Below, piece after piece: positions 1 to 13,790 of a DNA stretch of 64,000 nt. A program made the translations under genes and the position numbers. The DNA is from the human T2T-CHM13v2.0 reference genome, Homo sapiens: the NCBI RefSeq assembly GCF_009914755.1, contig NC_060927.1. One strand, 5' to 3'. How positions within the stretch are numbered: position 1 is the stretch's first letter; every line of letters begins with the position of its first letter. Under the pieces are notes generated by a model. That model was not told the origin of the DNA. It saw only the letters and a program-made list of their open reading frames with translations, and did no database searches.

Positions 1-30
<30 letters not shown>
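1..30. repeat. (TA)n microsatellite, truncated by window start
   Basis: Pure TA x15. Confidence 0.95.
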
Positions 31-34
<4 letters not shown>

Positions 35-183
35 CAGCAGTTTGTCAGAGTTAGCTTTCCCCCATAAACTTACTCACACCAATAAAGTACAGTGTGAAAT
101 ATTTATACTTACACCATAAAATACAGCATAAAATAGACTTTCAATTTGAGATGTATGAAATAGTAATCTAGTGTTTTAGTTAG

Positions 184-360
184 CATTTATTTAATTATTG
201 GTGAGGATGAGCATCTTCTCAAATGCTCTATACTTACTTGGATTCTTGTTCAGTGAATTGGCCTTTCTGACTCTTTGCCCAATTCTCATTGGTTGTGTTG
301 CTTTTTCCTGTTGATTACCTGTCGATTAGAATTTCTTCATAAATTTGGAATACTACCCCC
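184..360 (-). mobile_element. Old L1M ORF2 3' fragment
   Basis: gtgaggatgagcatcttctc...tttgcccaattctcattgg resembles the antisense L1M ORF2 end. Confidence 0.6.
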
Positions 361-1685
361 TATACACATTGCAGGCAATGCACTTTGCTATTATAATTTT
401 TTACTACCAATTTTTAGCTTTCAGATATATTCCTGATGATTGATAGGGTCTGAAAAGTTACTGCAGGTAAATGTTCCTACAATTAGTTATTTTCCCTGTT
501 TATAAGAAAATAGATATCACAAAACTTGAGATGATTTAGAGCCTAAGGTAGAGTTTCTATACTTTTGTCATATACATAATAAAACAAAAATAAATAAAAA
601 AACTAAAGCAATACACTTACAGTTGATCAGCTTTAATTTGATTTTTGCTGAAACAGTAGCCCTGGAAGTTGATGTACTAGTACCTTTCACATCTTTTTCT
701 AAATTAACGAATTTGTGAAAATTATTTTAGAGAGACGAAGTTACGCTAAGCCTCTTTCTAAAACAAATGTATTCCTCTGTCAATGAAAATTGGAAGGAAT
801 TAAAGGGCACATTAGCATACAAAATGTAATTTTAAAAAATACTGCTGAAAAGTCAGACCTTCATGTTGCTAATTCTGGTAGTAAAAATAACTCTATAGAT
901 TTAGCATAACGTGTATGTGTTGCTAGCAGACTAAAGGTTAAACAAATTTAAACTGTTAGACTGAAACTAGTACCCCAAGCTACTTTCAGCTCAATTTTTC
1001 TGGTGAATCAAAAGAAAACAAAAATGCTTGGTAGCTCTTTCTTTCAGTGTAGAGGTAGCTTTGCATTTTTGTAGATGCTGATTTCTAAATATTTGGGTTT
1101 TGTTTGTTTTTTGTTGTTGTTGTTGCTTTTTGCTCACCTTTAGCATCTCAAAAATGCTGAAGCCTGTTCATTTTATAAGATCTCTATTATATGAGACAAG
1201 AAGACACTCAGAATTTTTTAAAAGAAGGATTTTTATAAAATTGCATTCCTAGAATTCTAGATACTGCTTTTAAATTTTCAAATAGAAACACTTGTTTTTA
1301 GAACTGCGTGTTCTTTTTCTCCTGAGCACATCTCTGTCTTATTCTTTTTTTTATAAAATAGGCACAAAATACTCCTCCCATTTTATCAGTACAAACTGTC
1401 CATTGGCCTAACTAATTAGAGGTGCTATTTTCTGAATTTTTTGCTTATTTGTCCCACATGCCTCATAGAAAATGTCAGTCAGCATATTAAGAGGAGGAAG
1501 TATGGGCACCAAAATTAGGCTATGTTTTAAAACCTGGTAGGAGATGGGTCATCCCGAAGCAATATTGAAGAGGAGGAAATGGTTGTCTCCAGCAAGCTAA
1601 TTTCTCTTATCTTCACTCTTTCTTCTTTTAAGCATCCCCTTTACCACTTTCCCACCTATGTACTTCTCCTTTCCACATACAAATA

Positions 1686-1686
<1 letters not shown>

Positions 1687-1725
<39 letters not shown>
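1687..1725. repeat. (CA)n microsatellite
   Basis: About 19 uninterrupted CA units; explains the HTHT run in ORF 1579..1788. Confidence 0.95.
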
Positions 1726-1727
<2 letters not shown>

Positions 1728-2188
1728 ACACAATGTCCTTGTGATCTCACCAGTCATCTCATCTCTTCTGTGTTGTATTAACCACTAACAGAGAGGAATA
1801 TATTAAGCTCATTCCAAGTGAAATGTTAGGTAATAGTATCATATCCCTTCCTGAAATATTTATATTGTAACAGAGATGCTAGAAAAACCATTGCCTTGCT
1901 TGTTTTTTCAGTCCAGAATCCATCTGGTACTATGTTGGGACTAAACTGTGATTTAATCCCTGGACACAAAAACTAAAATCTCCCTAGATCCGTCCCTGTC
2001 CTTTATGCTATTACCCATTACCAGGGATTTTGCCCTCCCAGACTGTCTGGGGGTGGGAATGCTGTCCTTAACCCTTAGTCTCCAGGACTGGCCATTGATA
2101 TCTGCTGCCAGACCTCACTGACATGAGTTGCTTGCTGCCCAAGACCTACCACTGACCAAATCCCCTCACACTATCATCTGTCCACCTA

Positions 2189-2401
2189 CCGGGCCAAACT
2201 GTTTCTGCAATGGCCAGATAGTATTTTAGGGTTTATGAGCCATACAGACTCTGTTGCAACTACTCAACTTTGCCATTGTAGCACAAAAGCAACCATATAC
2301 AATACATAAATGAGTGGGAATAATTGTGCTTCAATTAAACTTTATTTACAAAAACAGACTGTGGTCCTGATATGACCTACAAACTGTAGTTTACAGGCCT
2401 G
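2189..2401 (+). mobile_element. MER58A (hAT-Charlie MITE)
   Basis: ggccagatagt...ctctgttgcaactactcaactttgccattgtagcacaaaagc...aaactttatttacaaaaacag matches the MER58A consensus. Confidence 0.85.
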
Positions 2402-2442
2402 TTCCTCAGACACTTGGCTATACAGCAGGCAATTGGTTTTGC

Positions 2443-2600
2443 TCATTCAGTCATCTATTCATTCACTCATTCATTCACTAAATGCATATTGTGCCCATGC
2501 TGTATGTCAATTGCTTAATGCTTACTACGTATTGATACAAAGATGACTAATACACAATATTTCCCCTGTATTAGCTCAGAGTTCCAAGAGAAAGATAGGT
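2443..2600 (-). mobile_element. L2 3' end
   Basis: (tcat)n tail followed by a degenerate L2 3' terminus. Confidence 0.6.
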
Positions 2601-3091
2601 TTGTAAATTAATAATAATAATTTGATAAGGTAAGTGTGCGTCATCCTGGATTTGCTGTTGTTGCAAATTACAGTAAACCTTTCTCAAATTGGCTTAAGCA
2701 AAAGATATCTTGATATCTGCTGCCAGACCTCACTGATGTGAGTTGCTTGCTGCTCAACACTTATAGCTGACAAATCCCCCACACCATTGTCTGTCCACAT
2801 GCTGGATGATTGGCCATTAGTTTGGATGGCCTAAATTGCCTGATTCAAGGAGACTGTATAATTGGTATAATTCCTGGCCATGCAAAGACCCGTGTGTCTA
2901 TGCCACCTCTATAGTCTCAATAGGAGGAACAAGTTGCCAGTGTGCAATTTGAGACATCTATAAAGGAGTTTAATTTAGCAGAGGAAAAGTTAATCTGAGT
3001 AAACAAAAATTCACATCATAGATGCAACTCCCATGTCATATGTACATAAGCCTAATCCTAATGGTACAAATAATACAACAACAGTACAACT

Positions 3092-3335
3092 ATAACAATA
3101 GTAAATAACATTTACTAAATGCTTACTATTTGCCAGGTACAGTTCTAAGCATATTATTAACTGCTTTAACCCTCACTATAGGATTAAATGATAGATACGG
3201 TTTTACCCCCATTTTATAGATGAAGATCCGGGAGCATAGACAGAGCTTAAATAACTTGCTCATTTAGAATAAGGCACAACTAGGATTTGAACCCAGACAG
3301 TCTGGGTTCTGCCTTTATGCTAGGATTCTGCCACT
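3092..3335 (-). mobile_element. MIR
   Basis: gcttactatttgccaggtac...cccattttatagatgaag...ggatttgaacccagacagtctg MIR core. Confidence 0.8.
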
Positions 3336-4740
3336 CTGATATACTGTAGAGCTCTGTTTCCAGTCTGTTGTGAAACCATAACCTTGGAGTTTTAACATTA
3401 TGTTCATTTTAAGAGGCTCAGAATTGTCAGCTGTAGGGTAGGAAGTAAATTCCCTTTTGTTGTTCAAAGATCAGGGCTGTAGCTAGTTGTCCTACATTCT
3501 ACCATAACATTTTAGTAGACTGTGTTATATCATGTCAAGATATTTAAATTCTCCCATGTCTTTCTGGGCATTTGCTAAATGAGAATAACTATTTATCTAC
3601 CTTAGGATTTCTACTGAAAATTATTATATTACAACGCATCTTTGTGAAATATAATCATTTGATTTAAAAACTTTCCATAGAGAGTTTACAACAACATTAA
3701 ATACCTACACTTATAAACCAAGTTATTCGCAAAGGAGTTTAGTATTCCCAACGTAGCTAAAATTCAAACTAGGATTTCCAAGTCTAATTTTTCTTCTACC
3801 TCACTTATGTGGATTGTTTTTTGAAAAGATCTAGTGATTATTTCTTGAGTTTTAACCAAGTAATACAATATAAAATGTCATATTATAAACTTTCTTTAGA
3901 AAGTTTAAGTAGTCCTTTAAAGTTCTTTCTAAAGAACTTTAGTTCTTTAGAAAATTTTAAGTAGTCCTTTAAATTTATAGTTGAAAATTTGTAGTCTGGC
4001 TTTTAAAAGTGTGTGAGTGTGCACATGTATGCACACAAATGTGTGATGTCTTCTGTAGTTTAGATATATGAGAGATTTTATTCTCAAATTAAAATAACAG
4101 CTTAGCAGGACTGAAATATCCTTAATTCCCCTCTTCGGATCATAAAACAAGACTGTTGAGTAATAATTCTACCAAGGCACACTTGGAAATTATTGCTACT
4201 AAATGAACCTATGTTGTTTTTAATATTATTTTGCTAAAACATTCGTGTCTTTTCACTTTAAGTGCTAGAATTGCCTGATTGTATTTTGCAGATATCTCAC
4301 TGTTTTCCTCTTCAATTAGAGCATCCATATGAATATTAAGTAACCATGGTGTATCCACCATTTGTTCTCAAATGCATGTAATTTCAGAAGACTCATAGGA
4401 TATTAAAGAGTTAGTGGTAGTATTGGCAAATGAGGGTGGAGTTGTTTCAGTTTTAGGAATGAATTACTTTTTATGCTTATTACTTTCCTGTGTTCATAAT
4501 AAAATAAATGCTTTTTAAATTGTGAATGAGTACAAAACATAGAAAATTATTTTAAAAAATAGGTAAACATTTCCAGAAATAATGGAAAGACAAATTAATG
4601 CCTTTTTTTCCAATTTCTGATAGTGTATGTCATTAACACCTCTCCTTCCCTCCATAGATGTAGATTAATTGAGAATTACACTATCTCGTGTTATATTCAA
4701 AAACACGTTAACATAAAATGACTCCAGTAAACTTTATTCA

Positions 4741-4975
4741 TAATACTAACTAGTGTCACTTAAGTTTTTAATTGTATCAGGCACTATCAAAGTGACTAGC
4801 AATAATTATCTCCTGTAACCTTAACAACATCAGCGGAAAGTTAGCATTATTGCTTCTATTTTATGGATTTGGAATCTGAGACACAGACGGGGCAAGTGAC
4901 TTTCCCAGTTAGTGGTGGAGCTGGGCTGAGAACCCACATAGTTCAACTCTAGAGACCATACACTTAACTACTCAC
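4741..4975 (-). mobile_element. MIR
   Basis: ctgagacacaga...aagtgactttccc...agtggtggagctggg...gaaccca MIR core. Confidence 0.75.
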
Positions 4976-6617
4976 TATTTTGTACCATGCTTCCCTTTCC
5001 TCACCTGTTTTAAGGATTTCTGTTGAAAAATTGGATGAAATACTCCTGTTTCTGGAGAGTGTTTACAATTTGGCCATGAGGTTTATGCAGCTACTTTGTT
5101 GCTCTGCAGCTGCGATCACTCTCATTAAATAGTAATATCTATTAAGCAGGAAACTTTTCCCGGTTTTTTTCTAGTATAGTACTTGTTCCTTTTCTTTTAT
5201 GTGCCTTCACAGAGCTGTCCCTGACCAATTCAAGATTATGGCAGCACAATACCTCTTTGAAGTTCATATCTTATATTAATAGAAACACTTGTAACTCAAT
5301 CTTTGTTCATTCTTGTACTGGAGAGGTCTCTGCCATGTGAATCAAATCCTGAACACAGCTGATTTAATTAGAGGTGGTCAAATTATAGCCAAAATCATAG
5401 GTCATGAGCAATCCTGGCTAAAAAGCTCTGCCTGAAGAGGGAAAAGGGAAACTAAATGTGCCAAATGGATTTAATTTCATGCATTTAAATTAGAGGCACA
5501 AACATAATTAGTGTAAGAAGCGGGAAGGCTACTGAATTAGCACCATATAAGGCTTTTTAACCAGTATTTTCAAACTCTACTAGCTCTAAAATAATTTTGC
5601 AAAACTTTGTATCCTATAACACATTTTCAGTTGTAGCCTATAATTTTTATCATAAATTTAAACAGTTGCAAGGAATATATTTTCTAACATTAGTAAACAC
5701 TGAAATTTGAAAATTAAAATGATCTTTTAAGTGAAGTAGAATTCTTAGACCTGAGCAAGAGGAACCCTGCACACTGTGAAGGCATACCATATAAATTCAT
5801 TTTAAAAATGCCCAGGACCCTCTATTACCAGGAGCATAGCATTTAACACTCATGCAGAAAGACCTGTAACTCTAAACATCTGCTCTCAATACTAACGCCA
5901 TTCAACACCAGGGAATCACTTTTGCACATCTCCTGCCCTAGTCCTCCACACAAAAAGAAAGTGCATGTAAATGTTAGAAAAGCCTGGAGGATGTACTGCC
6001 ACTGAGGTCTGAGTCAGATGCTGCTTTGGAGGGAAGGGTATATTTGAAATGCTTAAGATACAGACAAATAGATTAACTTATCAAATCCCTATACCAGAGG
6101 CATGAATGCAAAGTTCTTAAAATAACAAAGTAATTTTTCCTACCAGGTCAAATACCCATTTTCTTGCCTCTCTAATTTCCGATTAAAATGATATTTGCCA
6201 AGAGTTGTACACAGTAGCTGAGGAGTATTTATCAATAATAAACAATTCCTATTACCCTATATTTATGTATGTGAATATTTAGACCTCTTTTGCATGCATA
6301 ACTAGATGGAAATTTAACAATAAAATTGCAAATAATTTTCTTTGTATAAATATATTTAATGTTAAATTCAGTGTTCAAAAATTAAGTAATTTTGATTTAA
6401 AAGTAACTTTTTTCAAAAACATTAAAAAATTCTTGTTTTGCATTTACTATAATTCTTTATAAACATATTGTTCAGTTTTGTGCACTTTGATTATAATTAT
6501 AATTTGCTTTTAATTTTGTAGATTATTACTGTCATTAAAACACAAATTATGTGAAAATTTTGATTATGACAAAATAATTTAGCTATCCACTAAATAGAAT
6601 AAAAATAAAATTTATGA

Positions 6618-6964
<347 letters not shown>

Positions 6965-7319
6965 CATTACTCTTAACGTATCCAAAAACAAGTAGTCCAC
7001 CAAAAGAATACCCAAATGCACGCAATTCAGTACTCACAAACATTATGCCATTTTTAGGGCATATAAAAACCAAAAATTTACACATTTGTTATTCTGTGAC
7101 ATTGAGAGAACATTTTTCAAGGTAAAATAGAGCATATTTTTCCTAACAATTTTTCAGCTACACTTGTAACTCCTGAATACCTAAGCCTACAGCAGGTGGG
7201 CCTCATTTCTACTCAGGGCCCAGGCCCACTAGCGTCTGGAGGCAGCCAGCTTGAATGTATCTCACAGAATCTAAATATCATACTGATTTGATGCTCAGTC
7301 TTTCTCATTTTTAAACACA

Positions 7320-7427
7320 TTTTACTTATTTGATCGTTTAATTGACATATAAAAATTGTATATATTTATGTGTGTAATATATCATTTCGAAATACGTATA
7401 CATCGTGAAATGGCTCAGTTGAGTTTC
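7320..7427 (-). mobile_element. L1MA-type 3' end fragment
   Basis: tttaattgacatataaaaattgtatatatttatg...gtatacatcgtgaaatggct matches an L1MA 3' terminus. Confidence 0.65.
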
Positions 7428-7748
7428 CTTATCCATTTTTAAAAGTAATCACCACATTTTTTCATGGAATCGAAAACTTTCGCTATCCCCTTCAATCTTT
7501 GTACTCAAATTTCTATTTCACTTCCCCACAGGTGTGTATGTCTTAATGTAATATTCCTAGTGAATTTATTCATACTTGAAGGCCTATAATTAATCACCCT
7601 ATCATTCTTTGTTACAATTATTATTTACACAGATGATGAAAGTGTATTAAAAGTTTCAATAGGAATATTAAACACAAAAATGTATCTCTTAATGCTGAGA
7701 ATGTTGTAATTAGTTCATGTATCCATGTATCCGTATTACTTTTGCTAG

Positions 7749-8100
<352 letters not shown>

Positions 8101-8229
8101 CTGAGAAACTTCTTTACAAAAGTATGTAGAGGAAATGGAAGGAGATTTTAATTCTCTGTCAAGAATACCCACCTTCAATTATGCTGAAAAGAAAGGATTA
8201 GAAATTAGCAACTTTTTCCTCTGATCCTC

Positions 8230-8943
8230 TGGATCAGGATTACCCTGATCCAGCCACAGTTCCCTCTTGCCTGGATTATTAATAGGATCCAAAATGTTAT
8301 CCCTGCTTTTACCCCTGCTTCCTTTCAATCTATACCCACATTCCATAGCAGCAATGGCTAGTCCGTTAAAGGAAAAAGAAAATCGTATCACTCCCCTGTT
8401 TAAAAATCTCCCTTGGCTTCCCATCTCACTCTGAGTAAAAGCCAAGAAACTTACAGTGATCCTCAAGGCTATGCAGAAGCTAGCCTCCTTTTCCCTCCCT
8501 GGCCTTGTCTCCTATTCTTGTCCTCATTCACTCCACTGCACCTCACTGGCCCCTTTGCCATTGCTCCATCAGACCCGCATGTCCCCATCTCCAAGAGCCT
8601 GTGCACCGGTTTTTCCTCTGCTGAGAATGCTCTCCCCTCAACATCACCACTTACCTTCCTTCTTACAAGACCCTGCTACTTCTTTGTTGTAAAGCTAAGC
8701 CTTCTACACCTCCCTGTCTCCAGCCCTGCCCATCACACAGGTCATTTCCTATTTTCCTACTTTTTTTTCTCTTGGCAATAATTACTTTATGACATTCTAG
8801 ATATTTTACATTTAAATTTTGTTTATAGTTATTCTACCCCCTAAGAGGTAAGCCACATGAGGGAAGGGAATTTGGAAAGTGTGATTAAATGCAGTATCAC
8901 AGTATCTTGAATATAGTACATGCTTGATAAACACTTGTTGAAC
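8230..8943 (+). mobile_element. L2 (L2a-like) 3' region
   Basis: cttgcctggatta...tggcttcccatctcactctgagtaaaagcc...ctctgctgagaatgctctcccc...aaacacttgttgaa. Confidence 0.75.
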
Positions 8944-8946
8944 ACT

Positions 8947-9454
8947 GCATTGATTGTCTATGCTGTGTAACAAAGTACCACAAACGCAGCAGCTCAGAAC
9001 AACATGTATTTATTATCTCACAATTTCTGTGAATCAGAACTCCTGGCTGGGTCAGGTTGTCATAAGTGCAGGAATCTCATGAGATATCAGCCGGGCAGTG
9101 ATACTTTCTCAACCTCAGGGTCATCTTCGCAGAATTCAGTTTCTTGCAGCTTCAGAGCTTTGTTGTTGGCTATCAGCCAGGGCCCACTGTCAGGTCCTGG
9201 GGGACCCCAAGGTTCCTTGTTCCTTGGCCCTTTCACAGATCCCTCTCACAATACGGCAGCTGACAGCCAAGAGGAGAATCCCTCCCATCTAAGACAGAGG
9301 CTTACGTGATGTAATGTAATCTTTGGAGTGGCTATTCCATTATATTCACAGTTCCTGCCTCCTTCCAAAGGGAGAGGATTATACAAGGTGCGGGACTGAG
9401 ACACCATCAGCAACTAGGAATCTTGAAAACCATCTTAGGGCTATGCTTACCACA
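8947..9454 (-). mobile_element. MLT1 (D/E-like) MaLR LTR
   Basis: tgctgtgtaacaaagtaccacaaac...tttattatctcacaatttctg...gcagaattcagtttcttgcag...tgcttaccaca. Confidence 0.75.
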
Positions 9455-10009
9455 AAGACTGAATTTAAAAAAAAAAAAAAAAGGAAAGATAAGTCTTTTC
9501 TTAGGATGTCTTGATTAAAGAACATTTAAAGATACCATTTTACACAAAGTTTTCCTGTTATCTGAGACCCTGAAGGCTTTTCATTCCCAAAAAAGATTCA
9601 GTTTGGGTGGGAGTAAAGTAGGTGAAGGACAAATGTGAAAGAAAAAGAACTGACCTCCCATCTTGACATTACTTAGGCAGATCAGCTTCAGGAAAGTGTA
9701 TCCATGAAAGTTAAGATTCAGAACACTGAGTTCCCTTAAAACTGTCTGTACCTTTGGAAAGTCTTCGTGCACTCCGCAGACACTAATGTTCTCCAGTTTG
9801 AAGACTACTCATATAATCTATCAGAGTGTTACCGGTATCAAACATTGCCACTGCCTGACATCGTGACTTACCTCCAGCTATAATTTCTTTCAGCTGCTGT
9901 GACAAGATGCAATCGGAACACTTCCTAAAATAAAAGGATTTTCACCCATCCATCACTAATACCAGATTATGTCTATTTTCTAATTCCTTGATCATTTTCT
10001 TTATGGCAT

Positions 10010-10222
10010 CTCACACTCGTAAACCCAGCACCTTGGGAGGAGGAGGTGGGAAGATCACTTGAGGCCAGGAGTTGGAGACCAGCTTAGGCAATATAGTAAG
10101 ACCAAATCTCTCATTAAAAAAAAATTAATAATATAGCCAGGCATGGTGATGGGCACCTCAGCCAGGAGACTGAGCCAAGAGGATCACTTGAGCCCAAGAG
10201 TTCAAGGCTGCAGTTACCCGTG
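10010..10222 (+). mobile_element. AluJ-like, partial (3' end missing)
   Basis: gatcacttgaggccaggagtt and ggatcacttgagcccaagagttcaaggctgcag are AluJ diagnostics. Confidence 0.85.
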
Positions 10223-11218
10223 GTTAATTCTAGGATTATGAGATTTTTTTCATTTAAACTTTAAACTTTTCCTTTTTTTTTGCCTCTGTACTTTTTAATT
10301 TTTTGTTAGTCAGAAAGCATGGTCAACTTTACCTCAAAAACAAAACGAATCCCTGTTGTTTTGAAATAAAAAATTATTCTAAAAAAATTCATAAAAAATC
10401 AAGAACTCTTTATAAAAAATATATTTCATAGAGCAATTATGTATCTTAAGCAAAATATTCTGACAAAATGGAACTACCTCATTAGACTACAGGTTTCCAA
10501 ACAAAAGACCCCCTTCTGTGTTGTTCCTCCTGTGTCCAGAAAAATACTTAGCACCAAGCAGGTGCTCAATGGATACTTACTGCAAAAACAACTCTCCTCA
10601 CATAAAACGACTGAGATATTTTTAAAAATCTACTTATTATTTTTGCCATTGCCCATCTCTTATTTGTTTCTAAATAACTTGAGGAGAGTAAATATAAAAT
10701 GTTTTTTACCCTGTGCCTTTTTCTTTCTCAAGCACATAATGCAATATAGAAAACAACCTCAAATAAATGAAATATAATAATAGAAATCTTTAATTAACCA
10801 TTCTCTTGTGTTCCAGTTTTAAAAATGGAGGCGCATATGGTATGCACTAAGCCAGTAACAAGACTGTATTTCTGAGGACTGACTATCTTCATCCTTCAAG
10901 GAGAGGGTTTATTACAAACAACATTGTGTGGACCACTGCATTTCAGAATGATTTTAAACACGAACTTAAACAGGCAAAGGCCACCCATTGCTTACCCAGA
11001 AAAATCTTGAACAAGAATGTTATGGACATTCCACACATGGTAATTAATTACCACTTTGAAGTCGTGAGTGCAAAAGGATGCCTACTACCTAGTATGCTGG
11101 TCAGGTTTCTCTAATGCATTCATTCTATTTTATTCTACTTCTTAAAGGAAGCCACCTTGGAAAAGGCTTGTTGGCATAGGTTTGGTTGGAAATGAATATG
11201 AATGCTCACACACTAAAT

Positions 11219-11397
11219 CAGTGGCTCTCAATTCTAGGAGAACATTAGGATTACAGGAGAGTTTAAAAATGCTGATGCCTATGGCCCATCTCAGACCAAT
11301 GCGATCAGAAATCCTGGGGTTGGGATTGGAAACTGCGTGTGTGGTGTTGTTTTTAATTTTTTCCTGTAATTTAGTGTGCTATCAGGATAAAGAGGCT
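11219..11397. mobile_element. MER5B-like hAT MITE
   Basis: cagtggctctcaa...aaaatgctgatgcct...cagaccaat..atcagaaatc.tgggg.tggga. Confidence 0.7.
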
Positions 11398-11989
11398 TTA
11401 TATCAGATTTTTAACTTCTTAAACTTAGAAACTATGTCTGTGTGATTTGCCTTTTTATCCTAGTGCTTACTACAGTGCCTGGTATCAGGGTCTCCCAGAA
11501 GTCACGATGCAGTTTTAAGCTTTAATAACTGTAGAAGCATAAGTGATACTAATTGACAACGAACATCATTTGAAAGCTTGATTGTATTTCAATTTCACGT
11601 ATACCTACTTATGACTTTTCATTAATAGACTTTTAATTTTTTGATTTTTAATTTTATTTTTTACCCCCACAGACACTATGGTGACTTATGCTTCAGTCCA
11701 TCTGATTAATGCTGGCAAAGACTAAAAATTATTAAAATTAAAAATGTTTATTCAAAATTCACAAATAAGTGTAGAAGAAGTGAAAGTAATTAGCCTTTTC
11801 AGGTGTTCCTATTTGTAAGTTTATAGTATGAAAAAAAAAGATATGAAAATATTAAAATTTAAAACTACACTAAAATATTTGGAAAATGCAGAATAGTAAA
11901 GGATCAAACATTATATGGTTGAATCTTCATCTGAATGTTGAAATCTACTGCCTATCAGAGGTTTTGTTTCAGTTCTATTCTGACATTAC

Positions 11990-12420
11990 TGTAGGAATGC
12001 CTTTGGCTGCATGTAAAAGAAAACAGTGCTTTTTAAAAAGAATAATTTGTTTTTGCATAACTAGAAGTCTGGAGTTAGGCAGCTGCTGATGTTGGTTTAA
12101 TGGTTCATTAATGCCAGGGTGGTTCAGCCCTCCTCCACAATTCCAAGATGGCTTCCATAGCTCCAGGCTACACCTTCAAAGGGTAGGGTTAAGGTAGTAA
12201 CACTGGCTGCTTGTGACTAATATTTTTATCAGAAAAATGTATGCTTCTCCCAGCATATGGTCACTTAGGTTTCATTAGCTAAAACTATATCATGCAGCCA
12301 CCCTCTAGTTACAAAAGTTACTAGGATAGGATATAAGTATTTGACTTCTCTGTCTTCTATTTTGTTGATAGAAAAGAGAGTAAAGTCAGGCATGTATTTG
12401 CTAGCCAAACAAGTTCCTGT
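11990..12420 (-). mobile_element. Old MLT1 (J/K-like) LTR
   Basis: ttggctgcatgtaaaagaaa...agaagtctggagttaggcag...caagatggcttccatagctccaggc. Confidence 0.55.
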
Positions 12421-12639
12421 TATCCTTAATTTTTGTCCCATCTACTCTATTAAGTGTGAAGTCAACTACTTCTGAAACTAATGGGTCTTTTAATTGTTAG
12501 ATAATATTCTCTTTTCTTCTAAGAGAATACAAAGTTTTTAGGGAACCAGAACTTTTAAGGCTTTTTCTTAATAATAAAGATTGTAGTCAACAAATATGCT
12601 TTCTCAATTCAGGGAGAAAAATGATGAAACCAATTCCAT

Positions 12640-13110
12640 CGAACCAGTGTGGTAAGAGCCATTAATAAAGGCTTTGAAATTGTATTCCATGTGGAATGGG
12701 AAACTGAAGGACTTTGGGCAGAGTAAAAAATATGACAAGTTTTGTATTTTTTAAAGGTTTTGTGGAAAAATGAGTTGGTGAGGAACAAGACAAACACAAA
12801 GAGGAATTTCTTACAAGAATATGCCAAGTATTCCATAGTCTCTTTCTTTATTGGAAATAGGGAAATTAGTTGAGATTACTGCATTATCCAGGTAAATATT
12901 GTTCAGACTAGAGTGATAGTTGTGGATAGGGAAAGAGGTGAACAGATACTCTGGAGACAGAATTGACAGGACTTACTGAAAGGTTGGAAGTGATTGTGAG
13001 GAAGAGGCAAGAAGGAGAGCTGACCCCAGAGTTTCTGGCTAGAGAAGAAGATCAGAACAGTCCTGAGAAGGGAGATCAAGAATTTAATTCTGAAAAGGGG
13101 AACTAGAAGA
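12640..13110 (-). mobile_element. L2 fragment
   Basis: agaattgacaggacttactga...gtgaggaagagg...tgaccccagagtttctggct matches an L2 internal segment. Confidence 0.65.
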
Positions 13111-13130
13111 AATCACCCATGTACACTTTT

Positions 13131-13221
13131 GCACTTATATGGCAAGACTGGAATACAGAGGAGATTGGCACGAACCCTTAGCATGAATGATACATACATT
13201 TACAAAATGTTTCATAATTTT
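13131..13221 (+). pseudogene. RNU6: Ancient U6 snRNA retrocopy (processed pseudogene)
   Basis: 13153-13221 aligns ungapped to the last 69 nt of U6 (from ATACAGAGAAGATTAGCATGG to CATATTTTT) at 48/69 by hand, mostly transitions. Upstream gcacttata..ctggaa matches GCACATATA..TTGGAA. Confidence 0.75.
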
Positions 13222-13259
13222 AATCACATTCCTAAAAAGTATAAAGAGAAAACAAACTA

Positions 13260-13790
13260 AAATATTATTACTATGAAAGATTAATGGAGTAAAATCAAGT
13301 GTACTACTTCATACAGTAAAGCAAATTAATATAATCCTCTTATGGAAGAGCAGAATGACAAATTTTTTTAAAAATTTTAAAGGATTTTAAAAAGTTATCG
13401 ATTATTTTCAATAATCATAATGCTATAAATAAAATTAGAAAACATGGAGATGGTCAAAGGGATGCTAAAACATTCAAATTAAAAAATCAGGAGTTGCAGT
13501 AACATCATTCAGGGTGAAATACAAGGATAAGGAACTTAGTAGGACCAAAAGACAATATGTATGATTAAAAGCATTGTTATGAAGAAAATATAGCAGTTAT
13601 AAGTTCATGCATCAAACAACATGGTCACTCAACTCAGGTTAAGTGAATATCAGAAATATTTATCACAAAAATATGATAAAATACCTTTATGCTTTCATGC
13701 TGAGACTTTAATATACCTCTTTCAGAATCTCACATACCTAGAAGATAAATAAACAATGTCAATTATTAATAATACTATTAAAAATCTTCA
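13260..13790 (+). mobile_element. Very old L1M fragment (inter-ORF / ORF2 endonuclease region)
   Basis: aaaaaatcaggagttgcagta...atgattaaaagc...gaagaaaatatagcagttataa...gagactttaatatacctctttcag resembles the start of L1 ORF2. Confidence 0.55.

Larger units (their letters stand above)
2095..2798 (+). repeat. Dispersed ~90-bp direct repeat pair (2095-2185 and 2710-2798)
   Basis: Both copies read ttgatatctgctgccagacctcactga...tctgtccac; 11 substitutions and 2 indels by manual alignment. Confidence 0.9.

Noticed and set aside
13131-13221. U6-like sequence as a functional snRNA gene
   Set aside because: It is about 30% diverged, the ACAGAGA box and AGC triad are mutated, and the 5' stem is not intact.
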